A stretch of DNA of 31,264 bases from a virus (taxonomy: Duplodnaviria; Caudoviricetes): the IMG/VR virus record IMGVR_UViG_3300044676_007062, positions 1 to 31,264 of that record. One strand, given 5' to 3'. Below, piece by piece: positions 1 through 8,216 of this stretch (within the stretch, counting starts at the first letter, position 1; every line of letters starts with the position of its first letter). The notes under the pieces are model-generated. The model had not been told where the DNA came from. It ran no database searches and saw nothing but the letters and a program-made list of their open reading frames with translations. The position numbers and the translations under genes were made by a program.

Positions 1-58
1 CATTGACGGGGCGCACACTACACACGCACGAGGACCGGCAGCGCATCCCGTCCCCGCC

Positions 59-667
59 GTGCTCTTGGCGCCGGCCCGTGACCCGTGGTTTAAGAGCAGC
101 AGCCTAGCCCAGCGGGCCGAAAGCCTAGCGCTTGAGCTACCGCCACCACAGGTCCCCGACGGGTACAGGGGCCGAGAAAGCGTAGGACTAGCCAAAGGCG
201 ACGAGAGGGCTACATGGATTTATTACATAGATCAAATACAACGCCGTTGGCCCGCACCACTAACAGCAAGCGATCTAGGCAGAATCACGGGGGCGCCGGT
301 CCGTTGGTGCTATGCAATGCTTGAGGAATGGCGAGCGCTATTGAGCAAGGGCATATCAGAAGACCAGCGTAGAGGGCTAGCGCTCAGTTTAAGCGCAGAA
401 GCGGAAGCGATAGCACGGGAAGCCTTGGCGCTTGTTAGTGGTTCAGAAGACGAACGAGTTAAAGCCGGCGCTTTAAAACTAGCGCTTGATGCACTTGGAC
501 GGCGCCAAAGTTTGGCCGGCCTAGATAAGATCACGTTAGAAGCCAAAATCGAACAAAAAGCCACAAATTGGACCGAACAAGCGGCGGCGGCGGGGCTCAG
601 TGCGGACGAGCTCAGACAAATTGGAGACATAACAAGCCGAGCCTTGAGCCGAAAATCTGAAAACTAA
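59..667 (+). CDS. Putative terminase small subunit / HTH protein (frame open to window edge, so 5' end may lie upstream)
   Basis: No stop in frame from position 2. Helical protein with 'ALKLALDALGRRQSLAGLD', resembling the RRAKLLGLD-type motif of many TerS proteins. Lies upstream of TerL. Confidence 0.4.
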   Translation: MLLAPARDPWFKSSSLAQRAESLALELPPPQVPDGYRGRESVGLAKGDERATWIYYIDQIQRRWPAPLTASDLGRITGAPVRWCYAMLEEWRALLSKGISEDQRRGLALSLSAEAEAIAREALALVSGSEDERVKAGALKLALDALGRRQSLAGLDKITLEAKIEQKATNWTEQAAAAGLSADELRQIGDITSRALSRKSEN

Positions 668-744
668 AAAAGTTAAAATCCTAACATTCAATAACAGTTT
701 ATTATCGAAAGTTAGAAAAATAAAAAGTTTTTAAAGAGGACAAA

Positions 745-1089
745 ATGCAAGTGACAATAAGGCCAAATCTTAATAAAAATCAGATAATTACAGTACACAA
801 AGGACGCCTTGGCAAGGTGGAGTCTTATAGAAAAGCCGTATCAATACGCTGCACTAATACAGTAATAAGGCCCGCCGGCCATGCCAGAGCGAAAGCGGGC
901 TTGAAAACAGTGTACGCCGGTTTAATCGGGGAGTTGATAGATGAAGTGGTGCCCGTACAGCCGGACAGTATAGAGATAACATACCGCCCCCATTTAGGGG
1001 ACGATACATTTAAAGTGAACGGCGAAGAATACACGGGCGGCGGTATTGTTACCGGCGTAGGGTGGCGCTTCTACTTAATAAAAATGTAA
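745..1089 (+). CDS. Conserved phage hypothetical protein
   Basis: SD-like GAGGA upstream. Pattern 'RPAGHARAK..KTVYAG..G...ITYRP' recalls a widespread phage family of unknown function. Confidence 0.6.
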   Translation: MQVTIRPNLNKNQIITVHKGRLGKVESYRKAVSIRCTNTVIRPAGHARAKAGLKTVYAGLIGELIDEVVPVQPDSIEITYRPHLGDDTFKVNGEEYTGGGIVTGVGWRFYLIKM

Positions 1090-1103
1090 TGTTTACAGCT
1101 AGA

Positions 1104-1146
1104 TAAAAAGAAACCCCCGCCGGCAAAAACCAACGGGGGCTCTTTT
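1104..1146 (-). terminator. Rho-independent terminator of the reverse-strand operon (possibly bidirectional)
   Basis: Minus strand reads GAGCCCCCGTTGG-TTTTTG-CCGGCGGGGGTTT followed by CTTTTTAT: a 13-bp stem with G-U pairs, between convergent genes. Confidence 0.7.
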
Positions 1147-1265
1147 ACTGAGTCCCTAGCCAAGCAAAAACCCGACTAAGGCCCTGTATTGTTGCATTTA
1201 AAATGCTCTCTCTCACCTTTATGTTTGTCTCAATAGCTATAACGATTGAGCCGGCGCTTGTGTGA

Positions 1266-1562
1266 TCAGTTATTTTTAAACTTTTTATTGAAAGCTTTAC
1301 CCGCTGCTTTGTTCTCTTGATCAATAAAAGCTATATTTTCGCTTGTAAGCCCGTTTTCTTGCTCAAGGGGTCTAACGACAAAGGCCCCGCCCCTTTCATG
1401 CGTTCTAAGCGCCGTTTCTAAACTCTCTAAGTGGTCCGTTAATTTTTCATAAATTGCTTCTAATGCTGGGCGCTCGTCGTCTAGCTCAATGATCATCATC
1501 CTAAGCTGATCTAGCGGCGCTAGTATGCTGCTCTTGTATCGTTCTTCTGTTAGCTTGATCAT
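1266..1562 (-). CDS. Hypothetical coiled-coil protein (early island)
   Basis: ORF 1266..1607. ATG at 1562 is preferred because AGGAG precedes it and it avoids overlap with the upstream gene. Confidence 0.6.
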   Translation of the reverse strand: MIKLTEERYKSSILAPLDQLRMMIIELDDERPALEAIYEKLTDHLESLETALRTHERGGAFVVRPLEQENGLTSENIAFIDQENKAAGKAFNKKFKNN

Positions 1563-1575
1563 GTTTCCCGCTCTC

Positions 1576-1950
1576 CTAGCATTGAATAAAAAACTGACAT
1601 GATTCATCCCGTGACTCTAATAACTCAAGGCCTGCATTAATTAATCGGCTCTGCATTTCCGTACTAGATAACTGTTTACAGTGCTCGGCTCTTACGGGGT
1701 GGCCCTTTTCTCCGATTTGATACAATAACCATTCCGGTACTAGCAAGCTTGTCTCAATGGTATAGTCGGGCTTTTCTGATAAATCAAGATTAGCGGTTAG
1801 GGCTTCAAGCATTGCTATACGCAATACATAAGCTTTTGTTAATTCACCATGTAGGATGTGTAAATTATTATCGCCAAATCTCCCAAATAGGGTGCGCAAT
1901 CGTTGTTCATTTATTGCTGTCAATTTACATTTAATCCGCTTCATTCTCAT
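1576..1950 (-). CDS. Hypothetical protein, possibly tandem ribbon-helix-helix-like DNA-binding protein
   Basis: Tightly packed in the operon. Two beta-helix-helix-like halves (IKCKLT..LTKAYVLRIAM; TSLLVPEWL..QSRLINAGL). The function call is weak. Confidence 0.5.
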   Translation of the reverse strand: MRMKRIKCKLTAINEQRLRTLFGRFGDNNLHILHGELTKAYVLRIAMLEALTANLDLSEKPDYTIETSLLVPEWLLYQIGEKGHPVRAEHCKQLSSTEMQSRLINAGLELLESRDESCQFFIQC

Positions 1951-1951
1951 T

Positions 1952-2260
1952 TTAAAATCCTTTCTTTACATAGCGCTTGGCCCATGTAATTTTCTCTTGT
2001 ACGTTCTCCGGTCCGATTTTCCGGCAATACCAAACCATAAGGGAGTAATTGATTGATTTGTTCAAGCCATTAGCACCGTGTATCAAGTGCCTGACTTGGC
2101 GCTGGCTTAGTTGTTCATCAAGTGCATGAATACAGTTAATCTCTCTTTTTTCTTTGGGGCTCGGTTCGCTGCACATATAGAGCGCTATGGTGGCGCCAAT
2201 AATTACGATATTGATCAAAGCGATTTTTAGGTCTGTGAATAGTTGTTTGTCGGGGCTCAT
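1952..2260 (-). CDS. Hypothetical membrane-anchored protein
   Basis: N-terminal hydrophobic stretch IALINIVIIGATIALYM; operon packing. Confidence 0.6.
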   Translation of the reverse strand: MSPDKQLFTDLKIALINIVIIGATIALYMCSEPSPKEKREINCIHALDEQLSQRQVRHLIHGANGLNKSINYSLMVWYCRKIGPENVQEKITWAKRYVKKGF

Positions 2261-2285
2261 GTTCTTTCTTTCTTTGTCCGGTGCC

Positions 2286-2573
2286 TTAGTAGTTAGTTAG
2301 AGTAAAAGGGGCCTTGTAGTCGTCAAGCGGCAATAGCAATCTGATCTCAAACATCATGCCTACATTTTGCGCTTCTCCTGTTTCGATCAATCGTTTCATT
2401 GATTCAATGCAATGATCGTCCTCAAGGTTAGCGGCGGTTAGCTCTGCAAAGGTCAAGATGCGTTCTGAATCGTCCGCATAATCCTTGAGGATTAAAGGGG
2501 TCTTCTCGCATATTAAATTGATCGTATAGCTAAGGCGCTGGCAGTAAAAAATAACATTCATAAAGCTGCTCAT
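2286..2573 (-). CDS. Hypothetical protein (early island)
   Basis: 95-aa ORF between repeated leaders. Confidence 0.6.
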   Translation of the reverse strand: MSSFMNVIFYCQRLSYTINLICEKTPLILKDYADDSERILTFAELTAANLEDDHCIESMKRLIETGEAQNVGMMFEIRLLLPLDDYKAPFTLTNY

Positions 2574-2600
2574 GGTTCTTTTGGTTCTTGGTTCGGGTTC

Positions 2601-2879
2601 TTAGTTGGCTTTAGTGAGTGAGTTTTTTAGTCCTCTGATATTTGATTTTTTACCATTGATAAAAATGGGGGCGGTCGATCTGTTATAGCGACACGATATA
2701 TCACAATACAATCGAGCGTTGATCTCCCGCCCGTTAGCGTCTACACCCTCAAGAGTCATAGTAAATCTTGCATGAGCCCGCTTCCGGTCGCTGGCGCTCA
2801 TGTAGTTAGCGTTTAGGCGCTTCATAAGCTGCATTTCACTGATAAAAAGATTGATTTGTTGATTAGTTAATTTTTTCAT
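2601..2879 (-). CDS. Hypothetical basic protein (early island)
   Basis: 92-aa ORF between repeated leaders. Confidence 0.65.
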   Translation of the reverse strand: MKKLTNQQINLFISEMQLMKRLNANYMSASDRKRAHARFTMTLEGVDANGREINARLYCDISCRYNRSTAPIFINGKKSNIRGLKNSLTKAN

Positions 2880-2915
2880 GTTCTTTTCTTTCTTGGTTCT
2901 TGGTTCGGTGGTTAA

Positions 2916-3218
2916 TTAAAGTGCTTGATACAGTGCTTCAAACTCTGCGGGCGCTAGTGTGCTCTGTGCTTTCTTTAGCAATCGCTTATAAAGATCATAG
3001 CGAAAGTCTGAAACATCAAGGGGCATTGAGCCTTGCGCTGTGTGGATTTGCTTTACATAGTCAGCATCAATCTGATCAAGTGCATCCCCAAAGCGCTTTG
3101 AGAGTAGGACAACGGCGTCCGTATGGCAATTCCAAAGGGTTAGTTGTGCAATCTCGGCGATAAAGTCTTCAATACTGTTCTTAGGGGCGGCGGTGAAGTT
3201 GAATGATAGTTGGCTCAT
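2916..3218 (-). CDS. Hypothetical protein, first gene of the early island
   Basis: ATG at 3218 preceded by AAGGAC; directly downstream of the TTGACA promoter. Confidence 0.65.
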   Translation of the reverse strand: MSQLSFNFTAAPKNSIEDFIAEIAQLTLWNCHTDAVVLLSKRFGDALDQIDADYVKQIHTAQGSMPLDVSDFRYDLYKRLLKKAQSTLAPAEFEALYQAL

Positions 3219-3274
3219 GTTCAAGGTCCTTAGTGTCAGTGTTTTAGTTTTCAGTTTTCATTGTTTATGAGATA

Positions 3275-3303
3275 GGTATACAGCCATATACTAACACTGT
3301 CAA
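3275..3303 (-). promoter_or_regulatory. Sigma70-type early promoter
   Basis: Minus strand TTGACA (3303-3298), 17-bp spacer, TATACC (3280-3275), with an A/T-rich UP-like tract upstream. The -10 is a 4/6 match. Confidence 0.6.
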
Positions 3304-3371
3304 ATAAAAATTATCTTTTTTTTTAGATCATTGTATAATGCCGAAAATACAGCATAAAAAGGGGCTGCCGG

Positions 3372-3599
3372 ATGTATGATGATGAAACTTTAGACGATTT
3401 TGCAACGTGGCTAGATAAAAAAGCGAAAGCAAGAGTGAGCGGGCGCTTGAGTGTAGATGACGCGATTAGCGCTTATTCAGAGTACACGGGACTTGATGTA
3501 GAGTATAACGAAGCGATAGCACATTTAAGCAGCCGATTTGAGGGACGCTTGGACGAGCTCACCGGCGAGTTATTGTTTTATGCTGTAATCTATGTATGA
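3372..3599 (+). CDS. Small acidic hypothetical protein
   Basis: 75-aa ORF with AAGGGG SD and TATAAT at 3334-3339 upstream. Confidence 0.6.
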   Translation: MYDDETLDDFATWLDKKAKARVSGRLSVDDAISAYSEYTGLDVEYNEAIAHLSSRFEGRLDELTGELLFYAVIYV

Positions 3600-3605
3600 T
3601 ATAAT
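3597..3605 (+). promoter_or_regulatory. Candidate extended -10 promoter (TGnTATAAT)
   Basis: TGATATAAT about 30 bp upstream of the 3638 start; no clear -35. Confidence 0.35.
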
Positions 3606-3637
3606 CAGAAATGATCATTTAAAATGGAGTTATGAAT

Positions 3638-4201
3638 ATGTTCACTGATCTAATTAAGGGCGCCAAGAAAGGCGCTAACTATGACTATGACATGGAAAAG
3701 GCCAAAGACGAAATCAGCGACGAGCGCCTAGACGAAATTATGGCTGAATTATTTGGCGGCGCCGGTTCAGAAGATGAAGATAAAGAGAAGAAAGCGCCAG
3801 CTAAGAGCAAAAAGGCAAAAAAAGCTATGCCCCGTGCTGATTTGCTTAGAGCAATGAACAAGGGCGCCGATATGGAAGAAGAAGAAGAAGAAGAAGAAGA
3901 AGAAGAAGAAGAAATGGAAATGGAAAAAGGCATGAGTCGCCGTGAAATGATGAATAAAGTATACAGCATGGTTGATGACCTTAGTGACAGCGAGCTTGAT
4001 CAATTTTTGTCGAGTCGTGATATTAAGAAAGCCCAAGCTATGGCGGTCTTTCACCAAATGAGCAACAGCGATCTAAAAGATTTTATGAGCGCTAGCGCTG
4101 CAAACGGTGAGGGGGCCCATGAGTCTATGGGAATGAATAAGGGCGCTGATATGGATGATGAAGCCGGCGCAATGGACAATGTTGACGAGTTTGACGAGTA
4201 A
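3638..4201 (+). CDS. Acidic, Met-rich putative prohead core/internal protein with multiple xxK[AG] motifs
   Basis: GGAG at 3626-3629 favours ATG 3638 (MFTDLIKG). Motifs LIKG, MEKA, MNKG x2, MEKG, IKKA; poly-Glu tract. Confidence 0.6.
   Translation: MFTDLIKGAKKGANYDYDMEKAKDEISDERLDEIMAELFGGAGSEDEDKEKKAPAKSKKAKKAMPRADLLRAMNKGADMEEEEEEEEEEEEEMEMEKGMSRREMMNKVYSMVDDLSDSELDQFLSSRDIKKAQAMAVFHQMSNSDLKDFMSASAANGEGAHESMGMNKGADMDDEAGAMDNVDEFDE
3875..3913 (+). repeat. (GAA)13 trinucleotide run encoding poly-Glu
   Basis: Perfect GAA x13, in frame. Confidence 0.9.
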
Positions 4202-4212
4202 GAAGCCTTGCT

Positions 4213-4659
4213 ATGTTCTTTGATCTAGTGAAAGCGAAAGCGCCGAAAGTCCCCGCTAAATACTTAGAGGGCTTGACGGGTACAGAGAGAGAGGAACGAA
4301 AGCAAGAGCTCATTAGACGAATGAAGTCAGGCGGAAGCTTTGAGCCCCTACCAAGTGACAAGGGCGCCGAAACTAAGCCGAGCAAATACAGCCGGACAAA
4401 GTTAGCCGCCGAAACCCGCAAGCGCATGAAAGGCAACAGTAAAGACGAGTTTTTATCAGTTGTCAGTAAACTAACAGGAATCAAGCGCAGCATCCTAAAC
4501 GAAGTACACGAACGGGGGGCGGCGGCGTGGACCAAGGGCCACCGTGTGGGGGCTTCACAAATTGCTTGGAGCCGTGCAAGAGTGTATAGTTTTGCCACGG
4601 GCGGGAAAACACAGAAAACAGCAGATAAGGACCTTTGGAAGAAGCACAAAGACAGCTAG
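4213..4659 (+). CDS. Basic protein with DUF5824-like C-terminal domain; putative internal head protein
   Basis: 'ILNEVHERGAAAWTKGHRVGASQIAWSRARVYSFATGGKT..ADKDLW' recalls the DUF5824-type viral domain (from memory). Leader MFFDLVKA. Confidence 0.6.
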   Translation: MFFDLVKAKAPKVPAKYLEGLTGTEREERKQELIRRMKSGGSFEPLPSDKGAETKPSKYSRTKLAAETRKRMKGNSKDEFLSVVSKLTGIKRSILNEVHERGAAAWTKGHRVGASQIAWSRARVYSFATGGKTQKTADKDLWKKHKDS

Positions 4660-4670
4660 GAGAGAGAGCC

Positions 4671-6356
4671 ATGAACCCCGAGCAACTACTAGCGACAGCC
4701 GGCGGGCGCCGTATGTTAAGCGCAGCAAGTCCACAGTTTTTTGATGCGTACTATTGCGGGATGCGGAGAGCGGCGCACCGTGACAAGTGGCTTGATCTAT
4801 TCGAGAACCAAAGCACCACGGCCCAGCAAACCGGCGTTAAAGGTAAATTGCTTGTATTGGCGCCCCGTGACCACGGTAAAACAGAGGTAGCGATTACCTA
4901 TGCGACTAGAGCTTTGTGCTTAGATCGAGACATAAGAATCCTATGGATAAGCGAGAGCCAAGGACAAGCCGAAAAGCGCATGAGAAGAATTACGAGCTTA
5001 CTCAATAGCGCAAGGATAGTTGAGGATTGGACGCTAGAGCCGGAAGCGGGCGCCCCGCCGTTTAAGGGTGCAGATACTAAATGGACCAATAATCTTTTAT
5101 ATCTACAACGAACAAGAGAAAGCGTTGATGCATCCCTTGAATGTATTGGCGCCGGTGGTGCGGTGACCGGTGGTCACTTTGATCTAATTATATGTGACGA
5201 TATACAGGACGATAGAAATACATATACAGCGGGAGTCAGATCAAAAACCCGTGAATGGTGGCGTGGTACAGTGGCGCCAATGTTAAGCCGAGGGGGCTCG
5301 ATCTTGGTTATCGGTACAAGGAAGCATCACGACGATTTATTTAGTCACTTGATAGATGACCCGACTTACCGAGTAATACATGACCGAGCGATAATTGAAT
5401 GGCCCGAGAAATATGACTTTATTAAAGCGGAAGATGAAAACGGACGCCAGATCATCACGGGCGTGGATGTAAATGGCGGTTTGTCACTATGGCCGGAAGA
5501 ACGACCGCTTGATTATTTGTTATTAGAGCGGCGGGCCGTGGGAAGCCGTTTATTTGCCCGTGAGTTTCAAAATGAAGTACAGGACGAATCTAGCGCCGCA
5601 TTTAAAATGAGTTGGTTAGAAGCGGCAATGAAGCGGGGCGAAAAGTACAGTTTAGGGACAATCCCGCCGGACGTCACGGACATTGTGCAAGGTTGGGACT
5701 TTTCGCTTGTGACAGATGCCAAGGGCGCCGAAGCGAGAGACACTGACTACACGATAGGGATGACTTGGGGCCGTGCTGAGAACGGCGACCGGTACTTGAT
5801 AGATATATTCAGAAAGCGGGGGATGAGCCCGACAGAGTTAAGGGGGCGTGTAGTTGGAGAATATGCAAAGTACGGGCAGCGGGTCCGAGTGGTAGCAGTA
5901 GAAAAAAACGCCTTTGGCGAGCTTCATTATTTAGGACTCCAGCGCTCAAGCGATTTACCATTAAAGGGTCATATTACTCATGCACGAAATAAAGCGGACC
6001 CGTGGGAGGGTGTGCCGGCGTTGTCTGTTCTATTTGAGAATAATAAGGTGATTCTACCAAGTGCAACAGAACGGGACCGAGAACGCCTAGACCCGCTAAT
6101 TAATGAGCTCTTTGCACTAGGTAAAGCCCGCCATGATGACACAGTTATGGCGCTATGGATAGCTGAAACTTGGTTAAGAAAAAGCGGCTTTACATATACT
6201 ATGGACTTTGGCGGGCGTGAATATACAGGGACGAGCGACGAGCGCTTATTTGCTGATGATGAAAATTATACAGAAGCAGAGTACAGAGAAGCGACAACAC
6301 GGGAATCCTATGATAAAATATGGAATGAGTTTATACCGAATCACATTTGGAATTAG
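4671..6356 (+). CDS. terL: Terminase large subunit
   Basis: Walker A PRDHGKT, Walker B LIICDD, coupling motif IGT, nuclease acidic motifs GWD..DYT and HDDTVMA. AGGAG precedes ATG 4671. Confidence 0.93.
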   Translation: MNPEQLLATAGGRRMLSAASPQFFDAYYCGMRRAAHRDKWLDLFENQSTTAQQTGVKGKLLVLAPRDHGKTEVAITYATRALCLDRDIRILWISESQGQAEKRMRRITSLLNSARIVEDWTLEPEAGAPPFKGADTKWTNNLLYLQRTRESVDASLECIGAGGAVTGGHFDLIICDDIQDDRNTYTAGVRSKTREWWRGTVAPMLSRGGSILVIGTRKHHDDLFSHLIDDPTYRVIHDRAIIEWPEKYDFIKAEDENGRQIITGVDVNGGLSLWPEERPLDYLLLERRAVGSRLFAREFQNEVQDESSAAFKMSWLEAAMKRGEKYSLGTIPPDVTDIVQGWDFSLVTDAKGAEARDTDYTIGMTWGRAENGDRYLIDIFRKRGMSPTELRGRVVGEYAKYGQRVRVVAVEKNAFGELHYLGLQRSSDLPLKGHITHARNKADPWEGVPALSVLFENNKVILPSATERDRERLDPLINELFALGKARHDDTVMALWIAETWLRKSGFTYTMDFGGREYTGTSDERLFADDENYTEAEYREATTRESYDKIWNEFIPNHIWN

Positions 6357-6358
6357 TT

Positions 6359-6685
6359 ATGATTGAAACACACACATTTGAAGTCACCAGCGGCGCCGCT
6401 TTGACCATTCAGCCCCGTAATTTTCAAGGACAGCGATTTACAGACGGTCACAGAAACGTCCAAGTCACTTGTCACAATTTAGCGGGCGGAAGCTTTGACG
6501 TATCATATAGATCACCAGAAAGCGCAAACTACATTGAACACATTAAAGGCGCCGTAGAAGTGGACGCTGTAATGATAGCGGGTCCAAGGGCGCCTATTTT
6601 TGACGCTGTAAAAATTGAGTTTTCAAACATCCCGCAAGGGACGGTTACAAAGGTCACAGTGAACACTTGGCCGAGAGGGCTTTAA
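6359..6685 (+). CDS. Hypothetical beta-rich virion protein
   Basis: Operon packing after terL; beta-strand-rich composition. Confidence 0.55.
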   Translation: MIETHTFEVTSGAALTIQPRNFQGQRFTDGHRNVQVTCHNLAGGSFDVSYRSPESANYIEHIKGAVEVDAVMIAGPRAPIFDAVKIEFSNIPQGTVTKVTVNTWPRGL

Positions 6686-6686
6686 C

Positions 6687-6959
6687 ATGAGCACTTTATA
6701 TGGCGAAATGGAAGAAAGCATAGGCGGGGAACAGTGGCAAATTGAGTTTTTTACAGTGACCAATCCGGTACAAACTCAATTCACACTAGCCAACGCCCCG
6801 ACCCTTGATGATGATAATGACCCTTTAGTCATTGTAAAATTAAACGGTGTATCTATGACAAAAGGCACTGACTACACATTGAATAATGATATAATTACAT
6901 GGACGTCGCAAATTGCACTTGAAGCGGGCGAGGTCTTAGAAATCTTTTATAAGCGATAA
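6687..6959 (+). CDS. Small beta-sandwich structural protein
   Basis: 'QTQFTL..P....VKLNGV....GTDYTL...ITW....LEAGEVLEIFY' is a module common in phage fibre and baseplate proteins; similar to the C-terminus of the next gene (LETSDIVEIFY). Confidence 0.6.
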   Translation: MSTLYGEMEESIGGEQWQIEFFTVTNPVQTQFTLANAPTLDDDNDPLVIVKLNGVSMTKGTDYTLNNDIITWTSQIALEAGEVLEIFYKR

Positions 6960-6971
6960 GGAGAAGCTAAT

Positions 6972-8129
6972 ATGGCTTTTATCAAAGGGAAACAGCTTGC
7001 GGACTCAACCGTCACAAGCGCAAAACTAAAACTCGATAGTGGTACCTATGACTTTTCACAGGGTGCAGTATTACAGGCAAGCAGTCCCAGCAACGGTTCA
7101 GATGTAGCAACAAAAACTTATGTTGATTCATTGAGCACTAGCAGCGCCGCTGGTCTTGATTTTAAGGAAAGCGTATTTGTAGCGACTACCGGAAACCTAA
7201 GCGCTACTTATAGCGGCGGAGTTTTAACAGGTGCAGCAGCGGGCGCAATCTCAGTGGACGGCGAAAGCCCAATCGCCGGCCAGCGTATTCTTGTTAAAGA
7301 TCAGACTACAGCTAGCCACAACGGTATTTACACCGTAACTCTAGTAGGCGACGGTAGCAACGCCTTTACTTTGACCCGTGCGACAGACGCCGATAGCTCA
7401 AGCGATCTAACGACCGGCGCTTTCATCTTTGTAGAAGCCGGTTCAGCTAATCAAAATAAGAGCTTTGTACTACAAGCAAATAATGACGGTAGTTCTCCTA
7501 CTCTTGACACTGATGATTTAACATTCATTCAGTTTAGTGGTGCGGGTCAGATCACAACAGGTACCGGCTTATCTAAGAATGTTGATCAAATTAACCTTGA
7601 TTTTGGTAATTTGCCGACAGTGGGCGACGGTAGCTTCTCACTATCTCAAGATTATCTTGTCATAGTTGAGGGCTCAAGCAGCAATGAAGAAAAGCTAAAC
7701 ATTGATAATTTCTTGAAATATATCATTGGAAGCGGCTTAGAGCAAAACACATTAAATAAGAGTATTCAAGTAAAAGCCGGCGCCGGTATCTCTCTTGATT
7801 CAAACGGTGTTAATGCAGCCTTACCACAAGTTGACAGCGGAAGCCCCTTGGCAACAGCCGCCAGCGACGGCGACTCGACCGGTATTACTATTTCAGCAAC
7901 CCCCGCCGGCGACTCTCATGTAAGAGTGACCGTAAACGGCGTAGGCATTAAGCTTGGCGACGGTGCGACAACCGGATGCGACGCATACTTTGACGACGGC
8001 GCCAGCGGTGCCCGTTCTATTGCTGACATTGCGAGCGGTGATGAGTTGCTTTGGAACGGTGACATTAATGGCGAGGGCTCTTATGAGCTTGAAACTAGCG
8101 ATATTGTAGAGATTTTCTATAACGCATAA
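6972..8129 (+). CDS. Fibre / head-decoration-like virion protein
   Basis: 'DVATKTYVD', 'GLDFKESVFVATTGNL', 'RILVKDQTTASHNGIY', 'LTRATDAD', 'FIQFSGAGQIT' form a typical phage fibre module. Strong AAGGAG SD. Confidence 0.75.
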   Translation: MAFIKGKQLADSTVTSAKLKLDSGTYDFSQGAVLQASSPSNGSDVATKTYVDSLSTSSAAGLDFKESVFVATTGNLSATYSGGVLTGAAAGAISVDGESPIAGQRILVKDQTTASHNGIYTVTLVGDGSNAFTLTRATDADSSSDLTTGAFIFVEAGSANQNKSFVLQANNDGSSPTLDTDDLTFIQFSGAGQITTGTGLSKNVDQINLDFGNLPTVGDGSFSLSQDYLVIVEGSSSNEEKLNIDNFLKYIIGSGLEQNTLNKSIQVKAGAGISLDSNGVNAALPQVDSGSPLATAASDGDSTGITISATPAGDSHVRVTVNGVGIKLGDGATTGCDAYFDDGASGARSIADIASGDELLWNGDINGEGSYELETSDIVEIFYNA

Positions 8130-8136
8130 GTAAAAA

Positions 8137-8186
8137 CTTAGCGGCTCTCTATTTCTCTTGAGCGTTGACTTTTTAGGGCCGCTAGG
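8137..8186 (+). other. Intergenic stem-loop (terminator, attenuator or processing site)
   Basis: CTTAGCGGCTCT pairs with AGGGCCGCTAGG (12 bp including G-U), with a large pyrimidine-rich loop and no clear U-tail. Confidence 0.45.
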
Positions 8187-8216
8187 TCATTCTAACTCGA
8201 CGCAAAGGAGAAGCTA

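Larger units (their letters stand above)
2261..2915 (-). repeat. Three related purine-rich intergenic leaders (2261-2285, 2574-2600, 2880-2915)
   Basis: Minus strand: GGCACCGGACAAAGAAAGAAAGAAC-ATG; GAACCCGAACCAAGAACCAAAAGAACC-ATG; CACCGAACCAAGAACCAAGAAAGAAAAGAAC-ATG. Confidence 0.7.

Noticed and set aside
1090-1265. tRNA in the intergenic region
   Set aside because: No cloverleaf or T-loop consensus; only simple hairpins.
3685-4057. Reverse-strand poly-Ser and poly-Phe ORFs
   Set aside because: They are antisense shadows of the (GAA)13 tract in the 3638 gene.
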